Shown here: positions 38,001 through 49,900 of the stretch, piece after piece | Layout: each line of letters opens with the position of its first letter | Numbering within the stretch: the stretch's first letter is position 1 | Origin: Geosiphon pyriformis uo1 | Lineage: Eukaryota; Fungi; Glomeromycota | Assembly: GCA_016748015.1 (NCBI GenBank) | Contig: JAAOMT010000201.1 | Location: 124,001 to 188,000 of the forward strand | DNA length: 64,000 nucleotides | Direction of reading: 5' to 3' | The notes under the pieces: model-generated | Seen by the model: the letters and a program-made list of their open reading frames with translations, nothing else | Databases searched by the model: none | What the model was told of the DNA's origin: nothing | Made by a program: the position numbers and the translations under genes

Positions 38001-41000
38001 CACTCAAGCCAACAACACTTATATCCCATACACCTATAGTCAACAACAATCATCGACCTATCACCGATCCAAACTGATATGCATTGATTGCAGCAAGAAA
38101 TTGTTGTCAATGGGCGCATGCTGTGGTGACGACGAAGAATATCAGATGGCACCCAAGTTCTATTGCCACGCATGCCGTGTTAAACATTTTGGAAGACCAA
38201 AATGAGTGGGAAAATGGGATAATACACTATGTATAGCCTGTGGAGAAACTTTTTTCGATGAAGGAATGTGGAACAACATTCCAGGAAGAGGAAAAACGTG
38301 CGATGTTTCTTGCCAATACATGATCCTCATCAATGACTGGGTCAAGAAAGAGACACCAATAGAAGCCACTTGGAGAAGAGCTATATAGTGACTGGACAGT
38401 TGTCCACATAACAACGACAAAATTTGGAGAATGGCAATCACCAAAATAGAAGGAGCAACACCCGAAGAGATTAGAGAAATCAAAAACAACCCAGCAGAAC
38501 CCATTGAGCTTGACTGGGATGCAGAGCCAGTCATAAATTTTCTGGAACCAGAAGAGTTCTATGAACACTACCAAAACTTGGTACCCACTAAAGAAGAGCA
38601 AGAACAACGGCTAGCACAGCTGAATACAAGACTGTGTCGCCATTGTTTAATTCCCAGTGACTTTGAATATTGTGACGATTATGACCTCATTTACAATCTG
38701 CCACCATGCATGATCTACACAATCCCCAAAGAGGAAGAACCAATCAGCAATTGCACATCAGAATCAAAATCGCCAATCAATCGCGATTCAAACTCTGACA
38801 ATGATGACGACAACAATGGTTCAAGCTTTGTTCAAAATGGCAATGACAATGACAATGATTCCAACTCAGATCCAAACTCTGATATAAATTACAAACAATA
38901 TATTGCACTACCAGATCTCTCCAAGAAGCAGAAGTTGAAATGGTATAGTGACAATAGGGAAGGTATCATACCAGAATGCACGCATGATACTAATGTAGGG
39001 TTTGATCTGAGATATTCAGGAAAAGATGCCATCAAATTGGAACCACATTTATGCACCTGCATTGATCTGAAAGTAGCTTTAGAAATTCCAGCAACAACAA
39101 TAGTTCAACTAGCATTTAGAAGTAGTTTAGCGAAAAGAGGGATAAACATCAGAGGAGGAATAATTGATGTGGGATACATAGGAAATATCATTGCTATGCT
39201 ACAAAACGACTCTGAAAAGACCTATATTATAGAGCCAAATGAAAAGATAGCACAGGCAATATTCCTGCCTCTGGTGAAAATAGCACAGTTAGTATTAGTA
39301 GAAAATAGAAAGGAATTAGGGATAACAGCAAGAGGGATACAAGAATTTGGATCAACAGGTAGAATAAAAGTACCTATTAATATGGTGGAAGAAGAAATTG
39401 TTGGCCAAGGAGAAATTATCTCAACTGGTCAAGCTATTTCTATTCCACTATATAGCCAGTACATGCTAGCAATAGAAAGAAAGAAAAAAGAACAGAATCA
39501 GATTTTTGAAGCAAAACTGACCCTTTGCAAATCAAGAGAGATTGGACTTATTAATCTCCACATACCAGCCAAAGATTACAACCACATCAAAATTCCCATC
39601 TACAACAACACAGAAAATGTCATATTGATACCAGCCGGAACCACCATGGGATACTTAAACACTAAAATAGAGGATCAACCACCAAACCCTATTTCAAACT
39701 TTCCATAGCTTTGTGGATATGTCAATATCACATCACAAACAATCTATGGACAAAACGAATGTTATTTGCTCCACCTAGAACAATTAAAGCAAATGAACAT
39801 GGGAAATCTAGATTCATTACAATGTATGCAGCTCAAGATATTACTCAACAATTTTAATGACATCTTTGCCAGCAAAAACAAATTTGGCAGAACTGACATC
39901 ATCCAACATTAAATCAAGACAGAAGATGCAATGCCCATCAAACAGTAAGCATACAGAGTACCACCAGCCAGTCATGAAATCATCCGTTAAAAGATCAACT
40001 GAATGCTTGACAATGGGTTAATTCAGCCATCAATAAGTCTATGGTCGTCACCAGTAGTACTTGTCTGTAAGAAAAATAGAAAGATCCGATTTTGTGTGGA
40101 CTACAGAAAACTAAATAGTGTAACTTGTGGAGACAGCTATCTAACTCCATGGATACAAGAACTATTCGATGCTTTTGCTGGAAACAAATGGTTCTCAACA
40201 TTAGACTTGGACAGTGGTTATTGGCAAGTAGCCATGAATCCAGCTGACAAAGAAAAAACGGCATTTACCACTAGAAAAGAAAATTTCAAATTTGAAGTGA
40301 TGCCATTCGGCTTAACCAATGCTCCAGCTACTTTCCAATGGCTAATAGAAATTGTTTATACTGGCTTATTGTAGAAATCAGTAGTCATATACTTGGATGA
40401 TACCAATGTGTTCTTAAAAACATTCGATGATTATCTTCATCATTTTCAACAAGTGTTCGAAAGACTAAGAAGAGCAGGACTAAAGTTAAATGCAACGAAG
40501 TGCTTCTTCGGCAAGACAGAACTAAAATTCTTGGGACACATAGTCAGTAAAGATGGCATCAAAACGGATCCAGAGAAAATAGAGATAGTAAAGAACTTTC
40601 CAGTACCAACTTATATGACTGAATTAAAATCATTCTTGGGATTCGCAAGTTATTATTGATGCTTTATAAAGAACTTTTCAAAAATAGCTCAACCACTCAA
40701 TAATTTGCAAACCAAGAATACCAAATATGAATGGACAGAAAGTCAACAAAAAGCTTTTAATATTCTGAAAAGAAAGCTCATTCAAGCTCCAGTACTGATC
40801 TCAGATCACAACAAACCATTCATCATTACTACTAATGCATCCAGCCAAGCATTGGGAGCAGTACTATCTCAGAAGAGACCAGATGGCAGAGAACATCCAG
40901 TAGCATATGCCAGCCGAGATCTAACATCAGCCAAAAAAAACTATGGAACACCAGAATTAGAACATTTAGCAATCTATTGGAGTCATGAAGTGGAACAAAT

Positions 41001-41188
41001 ACTTGAGCCAAAAGTTTGATATATACACAGATCATAAAGGGTTAACATCGCTTTAAAAGCAAGAATTTGATGATGGCCACCAATCCAGATAGAAAATGAC
41101 ACTATCACAATATACTTATACTATACACTATAAGAAAGGAAAAGACAACAGAAATGCTGATGGTTTGTCGCAAATAAGACAAATCTAA
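35020..41188 (+). pseudogene. B4 single-frame gag-PR-Cys-rich-dUTPase-RT-RNase H polyprotein
   Basis: ORF pieces 36403, 37447, 38431, 40003, 40393 and 40705 share the frame of GTG 35020; YLDD near 40390; MPFGLTNAPATFQ; TAA at 41186. Confidence 0.93.
38938..39360 (+). pseudogene. dut: dUTPase domain (B4)
   Basis: five trimeric dUTPase motifs: GFDL, RSSLA, GIIDVGYIG, EKIAQ, RGIQEFGSTG. Confidence 0.92.
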
Positions 41189-41248
41189 GAACATTTTAAC
41201 CCAAAAATATAACAAAACCAAAACAATACCAACAAAAAATAACAAAAG

Positions 41249-42630
41249 ATAAACAGCCAAAAATATCAACAAATTCAACATTATATAACCACTCAACAGT
41301 TCAAGGAGAATTTATCTCAAATAGAATAAAAGAGTATCAAACAACAATCAAAATATTTTATCACTCACCAAAATATACTTTATTGGAAAAATAGAAGGGA
41401 TCCAGATCAACCAACCAGAGTAATTACAGAGCCAGAAAAAAAGACAATATTATTCAACATGCACTCAAATCCAACAGCAGGACATTTTCACAAAGAAGCA
41501 ACCATGGAAAGAACCAGAAAGAGATACTATTGGCCATCAATGTATCCAGACATCATCTAATATGTTCAAAATTGTGATGCTTGTCAGAAAAGAGGAGGAA
41601 CAAGACCCAGTGAACAATTAAAACCAATCAAAGTTGAACAACTATTCGACTGGATTGGAATTGATTTAGTCAGACCATTAACAATTACCAGTAGAGGAAA
41701 CAAATATATCGCAGTAGTCATAGACTATCTCACTAAATGGCCAAAGATGAAAGCAATTCAAAGAGCAGATGCAGAATCTATTGCCGAATTCATTTATCAA
41801 GATTTGATCTGTCAACATGGATGTTCAAAAGAACTATTATCAGACCAAAGAACCCACTTTATGAATAATACATTAGCAGAATTAAACCAGAGATTCGGAA
41901 TTAAGAGACCACTATCATCACTATATCATTCACAAACAAATGGTCTAGTTAAAAGATTTAATAGAACATTGTGTGAAGCAATTGCCAAACTCAGCCAAGA
42001 AAACCAGGACAAATAGAATTTGTTCATACTATCAGTATTATTTGCTTATTAAACAATAAAACAAGATATTACACAAGCAACACCATTTGAATTAGTATAC
42101 AGTAGAACAGCAATATTACCAGTAGAGAGAGAAGTTAATACATATTCAGCTAAACCAATAACAGAAGAGAATTTTCAAAAAACATTGCTAAGAAGAACAT
42201 ATGACTTAATGGAAACATTGGAAAACAAACAAAGAAGAGCAGCTGATAATATTCAAAAGTCACAAAAAAAACAAAAAGAAAGACATAATAGTCAATTATC
42301 AGACAAACCAATTGAATTCAAGATTGGCGACAAAGTATTACTACATTGTACCAAAGCAAAAAAACAATGGAGTGGAAAATTCAACCCCAAATGGGATAGA
42401 TCATTTCACATAGAAGAAATTCTAGGAAATGGAGCTTACAAATTAAGACTAGATAACAAAATTTTAATCAAAGCAGCACATGGAGATCGACTGAAACCAT
42501 ACCACAACATCACACCATTATCTATCAATAATATTCTACAATTAGGAGTACAAAGAATACTAGTCCAACCAGATTAAATTCCACGAAATCTAGAACCAAT
42601 CATTATTTTGACAACAACACATCAAATTAA
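41249..42630 (+). pseudogene. B4 integrase (separate ORF)
   Basis: HSNPTAGHF..CDACQ, decayed DDE, FKIGDKVLL..GNGAYKL..HGDRLKPY. Confidence 0.9.
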
Positions 42631-42684
42631 TCCATCAAAAGAATATATAAAGACATGGTAGACATGACAGGAAATATCAAAAAA

Positions 42685-43312
42685 ATGGAAATTACAGACA
42701 ACATTCACTCACTAGCACAACAACTCTTTCAATTGATCCAACACCAGGAAATAGAGATTACAATCAATCAACAAACCATTTAATATCAAGATACTAGAAA
42801 GACATTACAACCCAGAACACAGAAGAAAACTGAAAATACTGTGGACAAAATCATTGTAAAAGTAAAATTAGCAATAAGAGAGTCGACAAAAAAGTCACTA
42901 TATCAAGAGTTGACTGAAGAAACTTGGAATTGGTGAATACAACAATTTCCATGAAACTATTGTTATTTTTACTTGGGACAACATGTAAATATCCAGAATC
43001 TATACGGACAAAACAAAGTGATTATTTGACAAAAGAATACTACAACAATTAGAATATTTTGTGAGAAAGAACAACTTATCCACACAGGCCCGAACTATAT
43101 ACCAAATATACACAGCATTTCAGGATAGACTGGAAATATTACTCAACAAAGCAATGGATATGGTTACCAATAATCAATTGGAAAAAATCACCAATGCTCA
43201 ATTTGAAGAATTACAGACCCAAATAACACAAGTAATTCTCGAAAATGAAATCCAGAAAATACTTCAAGAGGGGGAATTAAACCAGTTGGATTTTGATGGA
43301 GATCAATATTAA
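42685..43312 (+). pseudogene. B4 ORF3 remnant
   Basis: MEITDNIHSLAQQLF..IEITINQQTI, YCYFYLGQ, QARTIYQIYTAF, LEKITNAQFEEL; stop abuts the PPT. Confidence 0.82.
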
Positions 43313-43325
43313 GAGGAGGGAATAA

Positions 43326-44186
43326 TGTTACTCATAGAAATATAGGAAATATATTATCATGATTATTAGCCAATCAGAATTAGGCGTAGTAAATGTGAAA
43401 TTCTAGGATTCCTCTCAGGAATTACAGAATTCTAGGAATTTCAGGATTCCTTGACAAGGAATCGCAGAATTCCAGAATTCCAGGATTTCTCTCAAAAAAA
43501 TTGCAGAATTCCTGTTGTGAAGAATTGAGGAATTGAGGGATCTCAATTATGTATATATAGCAGTAGGATTAGAAGCTGAAAAAGCAGACCTTTCAGTTTA
43601 AATTTGATCTAAGCAACCTTTCAGTTCCCAATTATCAAATAAATAATTATTTTATATCTCAATCTACTCTCCACTATCAACACTTCATGTTGATAGTAAT
43701 TAATACTTAAACACACTGAAACAATAGCTCTTGATTACGGCTATTGATGGGATACTAACTTATCAAATCGTCTTGGCTTATTTTTTTTATTTCATTTTCT
43801 TTTCTTTCTTTCTTTTCTTTTCTTGCTTCATGTTGTTTGTTGTTGTATACTAATTGATTAAAAGATTAAGCACTGAGTTATTGACATTAAGAATAGCCTG
43901 GTAAAAGACCCAGAAATAAGAGTAGGATTTTATATATTATCAGATAGCTTACCAGAAAGACACGACTGCCAAACTAAATTCGGCCACCATGCTGAAAAAG
44001 AAATTAGGAAAACAACTTAAAAATACAATCCCTATTAACCTTATTGAATCTCTGTTCATCATATAAAGGATTCCATCAAAACCTTCAGATACAACACTTT
44101 CAGAATATCATCGATGGAAATAGCTTTTGAGCACCAAGTTACAGATTTGTTAATTGACCAGAGACTCCAAGAATTCAAGTATAACA
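43326..44186 (+). repeat. B4 3' LTR
   Basis: matches 34080-34957. Confidence 0.93.
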
Positions 44187-45168
44187 ATGATTGTTGTTGT
44201 AGTAGTGGTTGCTGAGATGGTTTTTGTGGCTGTTGGATTTGTGGATTTGGTTGTTGAGGTGGCTGCTGAATGGGTTTGACTATCAGATCAATTAGTAAGT
44301 AATCGATAATGATATTTGGAGGTACGTTTGGCTAATTAATTAAATTGGGGTTCTGATTGTTTTGATTTTGCTGAGTTCTAATATTCGGAGTTTCAATTTC
44401 CGGATTTTCTATGTTTGGATTTCACAGAGTTTGAATGTTCGGGGTTCCGAATTCTAAGTTTTCTGAGATCAGGTTTTGGTAAGTGAATCTTTGATCTTCA
44501 CTTCCTTTCTCTTCTTCCTCTGATAATTTCTATGGAGTAGCAGCTCTGAAATCTGGTTGGAGTAGTGGTAATCGAATTCCTGATGGTGTTAGGGATCATG
44601 ATTTAAATCCTTCAAAATATGCACTATATGGTCCTGGTAAGTCTTCTTTCTGTTGTTTGCTTTGGAACTGAAATCTTCCAAATGTTGATGTTGCATTTAA
44701 TGTGGACGCATCTGCTGATGAAATGTTGATGGTGCTTCCAGGTGTGTAGTAATATAATGGAGTGGTTGGTAATTCTACTCTGTATTTCTTCCAACTAAGT
44801 AACTGTATTCTTTTTGGTGTTGCTGCTGGTGTTTGTATTCTTCTTTTACCTTTGTCTGCATAGGTAATGGGAAATTGTTGTTGCATGTATCTTTCAATAG
44901 TTTGATTGATTTTTCTGATAATTGAGGTGAAACTGTAATTTCTTGGTAAGCTGGTGTGTTAAAATAATTCTGTATAGAAATTTTTTCTTGCTGACTCGAT
45001 ATTAATGGTTCCTTCTAAACAGTCTGTAATTTTATTGTTGACGTAATAGTTGAAAGCTGATTCAGCTAGATAGTAATTACTGTTTAATCCTAATTGTTGA
45101 CTGTATTGTTAAAACAAAGATTTTGCAAATTCTAAGTGGTTGGCTCCTATAATTTCTGATTCTGCTAC
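44187..45168 (-). pseudogene. B3 gag N-terminal extension
   Basis: VAESEIIGANHL..FPITYADKGK..YTPGS, homologous to other B copies. Confidence 0.85.
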
Positions 45169-45231
45169 ATTTAGATAGTGTGTTGTTGGTGCTGGTTCTT
45201 TGTAAGATTATACTTCACAGAGAGCACCAAA

Positions 45232-45981
45232 TGTTACAGGTGATTTTTTGGGGTGTCGAGTGAATAACAAATTCATAACTTGGTGCTCAAAGCAATTAGT
45301 GTGGATAATAATCTGAAGGTATTTTATCTAAAAGTTTTCCAATCGAGTTCTTTGTATAATGGACAGAAATTCAATAATAACAGTTTATCAGTAGTTTTCT
45401 GAAACCATAGTTTTGTCGATTGCTTGTTCAGCTTGATGGTTGATGATTCTCCTGGTACAATATCCTCCGTAAGTGTATACTAGTGCTGTTTTCTGATGTC
45501 AGTTCCTCTGTAAGTTCTCCAAAAGTAAGTATTGTTTAAGCAAGTTTATTCCTCTGTAAGTCTTCTAAGAGTAAGTATTGTTTTAAGTAAGTTTTATTTC
45601 TCTGTAAGTCCTCCAAAAGTAAATCTTTTAATCAAGTTAGTAGACAACAAAGAAAATAAAGAAAAGATAAAAGAGAAAATAAGAAATAAGCCAAGGCAAG
45701 TTGCAAGTTAGTATCCTGTTAATAGCCGTGATAAAGAGCTATTGTTCCAGTATGATTAAGTATCAGTTACTATCAACATGAAGTGTTGATAGTGGAGAAT
45801 AAATTTGATCTAGTGAATAATTATTTATTTGAGGATTGTGGTAACTAAGCTAAGAATTCTTGGTGTTGATTTTGTTTTTTCTGCTTCTACTGCTACTGCT
45901 ATATATATATATTTGAGATTCCTCAATTCTTCAATCTCTACTTGCTAATAATAATATACTTCCTCTATTTTATGAGTAACA
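45232..45981 (-). repeat. B3 5' LTR (U3 array deleted)
   Basis: matches 25716-26644 but lacks ~180 bp including the GGAATTCC array. Confidence 0.92.
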
Positions 45982-46846
45982 CTGGAAGAAAGAAAGCCTA
46001 TTAAAAAAAAAAGAAAAAACGTGACCTAAAGAAAAACATGATGAAACATGAAGAGACACAGAATAGTGCGCTATAATGTTGGATAACATGTTATAACACG
46101 GGATAACATAGAATAATGTGTAATAATGTCAGATAACATGTTATAACATAGGATAATTAGTTATAACATAAGAAAAACAAAGTGATAGCTAGCAAAAACA
46201 GACAATCCAAAGCAATCCTGTAAAACTAGAAAATACACATATATAGCAGTAGTATTAGAAGCAAAAAAAAAAAGCAGAGACAGAAATTTTTTAGTTACTA
46301 TTCTCTAGTTAGAAACCATAGTATTCTAAAATATCAATAAATATACTTATTTAGTATCTCAAATCTAGTTGTTCACTATCAATCCTGAATGATAATAGTA
46401 ATTGATACTTAAAATACATGGGAACAATAGCTCTTGATCACGGCTATTGACAGAATACTAACTTACATTGTCTTGGCTTATTGTCTTTATTTTTTTTTAT
46501 TTTTTTTATTTTTGTCTTTATTTTGTTGTGTATACTAACTTGATTAAAAAGATTCATGTGCAAAAGTACTAACATTAAGATATAGCACTAGTAAAAGACC
46601 TAGGAATAAGGATAGATATTTAGAATTGAAAATATCTTACCAGAAGAATTACTGGCCATCACATTAAGAAAAAAATTGACAAAACTGCAGTTTTGGGAAG
46701 CTATGAATAAAACAATTAATTAAATCTCTGTTTATTATACAAAAAACTCAACCAAAATCTTCAGATATTACCAACTGTATTAGCAACTAAGCACCAAGTT
46801 ACAGGTTTGTTATTTGACTTGAGACCCCAAATAATCACTTGTAACA
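45982..46846 (+). repeat. Main part of the LTR shared by B1 (as 3' LTR) and B5 (as 5' LTR)
   Basis: continues TGTTACTGG of 25707-25715; preceded by the B1 PPT and followed by a PBS at 46849. Confidence 0.88.
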
Positions 46847-46911
46847 TTTGGTGCTCTCTGTGAGGTATAATTCTACAGAAAACCAACACTAATAAACACC
46901 CATCCAAAACA

Positions 46912-49900
46912 ATAGCAGAATCCAAAGAAATAGGAACAAACCATTTGGGATTTGCAAAATCTTTATTCCAATACTATTACATTCATTCCAGATTAACAAA
47001 TAATAGTTGGCCAACAGAATCAGCTTTCAATTGCTACATCAATAAAAAAATTATATATCATTTAGAAGGCCAAAGAGATCCAGAATCCATCTTCAACAAT
47101 TTTTTTAGTGAACTACTCCAAAGCATTACCCTTCCACAAAACTACTTATTTGCACCCTTAATTACAGAAATAAACAGGGAAATTAAAAAATACACCAAGC
47201 AAAGATTTCCTATCACTTTTGATGACAAAAAAAAAAGAAGATTACAAACACCAGCAGAAACACCAAAACAAATTCAATTACCTACATGGAAGAAACAAAA
47301 ATTTGATTTACTTGCTAATTCATTATATCATTACACACCCAGAAGTATTATCAACATAATAAGTACAACTATAGCAAGTGTGATAACACCATTAAACAGA
47401 ATCCCATTCCAAAGTAAACAAAAGAAAGCAGAGCTATTAGAAACATATAACAATTATTTTAAGTGATTTAAATTGCAATCTTCAATGCCATCAGAAATTT
47501 GATTACCACTACCACAACCAGATTTCAGAACTGTTAGTCCTTGGGAAATAACTGACTTTGAGGAAAAGAAAGATAGCAATCAAAAAATTAGCAAGTAAAA
47601 CCCAATCTTAAAAAACCCGGAAAATCAAACTCCAAATATTCAAACTCCAGAAAATCAGAATGATCTAAATTCTGACATAATTAATTAGCAAAACTTACCT
47701 CCAATAATTGAGATCAATCTATTACTCATCTCACCAATTGCTGAATAGTAACAATAGCCACAACTACTACTCCAACAACAAATCCAGCAGTGACCACAAC
47801 AACAACTAATGGTCTATGCTTCAATCACCAAAATAGAAAAATTTATCGGCAAAAAGAATAATGCCCAAGTATGGCTCAATAATGTAGAAAAAGCCATTGC
47901 AGCCAATGAATGGAATGATAACAGAGCCTTTTAAGCGATTCCCTATTTTCTACAAAATATTACCAACTTGTGATATCAAAGTTTAGCCACCAAATCTCAA
48001 ACATTTCAGAAATTTAAAATTGCATTCTTGAGATATTTTAGTAATAACAACAGTATTAATTGCTTAACCAACACCTTTACCACAATTAAACAAGGAGAAA
48101 CTAAAGCAGTTACTACTTACTTGGGATACTTCTACAGAAACTTGTGCCAAATTTAAGCAATCCAAGCTGATTAATTTACAGCACCACAGATCCTGAACCA
48201 GTTTATCTGTGGTCTGTGCAGTAACCTTCTTCAATGCATATGACTATTACATCTGGCAACACTTTAAGATGCAGTTACATAGACCAGAGACTTTAAATTA
48301 ACTAAATTAAAAGTTAACTATGCCCAAGCCATAAATTTAGTCATGAACAGATCATTTGACTTGGATTCCAAATTGAAACAATTCAGTAATTCAATTAATC
48401 AGAAATTAGAAGGATATTTAGCTAACAATTGCATAATTTATCAGCCACCTTAATAATGCAATAATTCTGGAAACATGAATTGCTTTCAAAATCAATTGCA
48501 TTCTTTTTCATCATCCAATCAGCTGTGGCAACAAAAGACATGTATCTGTTACAATTGTAGTAAACAAGACTATTTGAGAATTGACTGCTGTTTTTATAAT
48601 AATAACTTACAATTGGGAAATCAATATCAAAACCCTGATTGCTGGTTTCAAACTCTGAATCAATACCCAAATCAGGATCCATACTTATCTTATTACATCC
48701 AAATGACACAACAACTAATTTATCAACTACTTGTATATCAAGCTCCAATTTATTAACCAACCACATCCATTATTTATCAACTACAGCCACAAATAATATA
48801 TAAAACCTCATAAATTCCCACACTACCACTAAACTCAGCTCAGATGACATCAGAAAATCCCAGATTGAGAGTAATCCAAAACTGGAGGTTGGCAATGGTT
48901 GTCTACCAACTGATTTCCAGTTCTTTTAACCAATCTTCAGTGTTACAGATAATTATTTGGGGTCTCAAATCAAATAACAAACCCATAACTTAATGCTCAA
49001 TTGATATAATAGTGTTGGTAATATCTGAAGGTTTTGGTTGAGTTCTTTGTATAATGGACAGAAATTCACTATGGTTGGTTTTAATTGATTTCTCAAGTCA
49101 TTTTCCCAATTTTTGTCTTCAGCATGATGGCTAGTTTAATCTGACAGTCATGCCCTTCTGGTAAGCTATCTATTAATATATATAATTCTACCCTTATTTT
49201 TGGGTCTTTTACTAGACTATCTTTGACATCAATTATTCAGTGTTTAATCTTTTTAATCAGTAGTAAATCAACAAACAAAAGAAAAAAAAAGAAAAAAAAA
49301 GAAAATAAAATAAAATAAAAGAAAATAAAAAAAAAATGAAAAGAAAATAAGAAATTAGTATCCCATCAATAGCCATGATCAAGAGCTATTGTTCCAGTAT
49401 GGTTAAGTGTTGAATTTTATCAACATGAAGTGTTAATAAATAGAAGAGTGATTATAGTTTCAAACAAATAACAATAACATGGATTTGAAAAATTGGAGAG
49501 ATCTTTTATTTATATAATTCCATTTTGGTTGATAGCAACTATTCTTGAAATGAGGGTTAATAAATAGAGAAGAAAGAGGATTGTTCTAAATTAATAAAAC
49601 TCTATTGAATTCTTCAAGAATTCTTGAATTCTCCTGGAATTACTTTTTCTGCTTTTAACACTCTTGCTATATATATATATAATTTATGTTATACAAGATT
49701 CTGCACATTCGTGAGCAATATGCCATGATTTCTTAAGCAATGTTTATATTGCTGAGCAATGTGCCTGTAATTTCTGACAATGTGTTTATTGCTGAACAAT
49801 ATGCTGTGATTCTCTAACAATACTTCACATTGCTGAGCAATGTGCTCATGTGCTAAATACTATTCTCTTATTAATCTATTTTTCCTATCTGTTTTTCCTA

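Larger units (their letters stand above)
34080..44186 (+). mobile_element. Element B4, full-length, inserted in the Gln-rich gag region of B3
   Basis: LTRs 34080-34957 and 43326-44186, TSD ATGG/ATGA, PBS 34960-34976, PPT GAGGAGGGAA. Confidence 0.95.
25716..45981 (-). mobile_element. Element B3, inserted 9 bp into the B1 3' LTR (hosts B4)
   Basis: LTRs 25716-26644 and 45232-45981, perfect TSD CTGG, PBS 45213-45229, PPT 26645-26660. Confidence 0.93.
6469..46846 (+). mobile_element. Element B1 (hosts B2 and B3/B4)
   Basis: 5' LTR 6469-7386, PBS, gag-pol 7449-10126 plus 20116-23446, IN, ORF3, PPT, 3' LTR 25707-25715 plus 45982-46846. Confidence 0.85.

Noticed and set aside
42300-42630. Chromodomain at the integrase C-terminus
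   Set aside because: IN ends shortly after the GPF/Y module with no chromodomain pattern
43673-43759. Hammerhead or other known ribozyme in the LTR core
   Set aside because: I saw no CUGANGA/GAAA core or other known ribozyme consensus; kept only as a structured element
45213-45320. tRNA-Met gene
   Set aside because: Only short tRNA-matching boxes from the PBS and U5, with no cloverleaf
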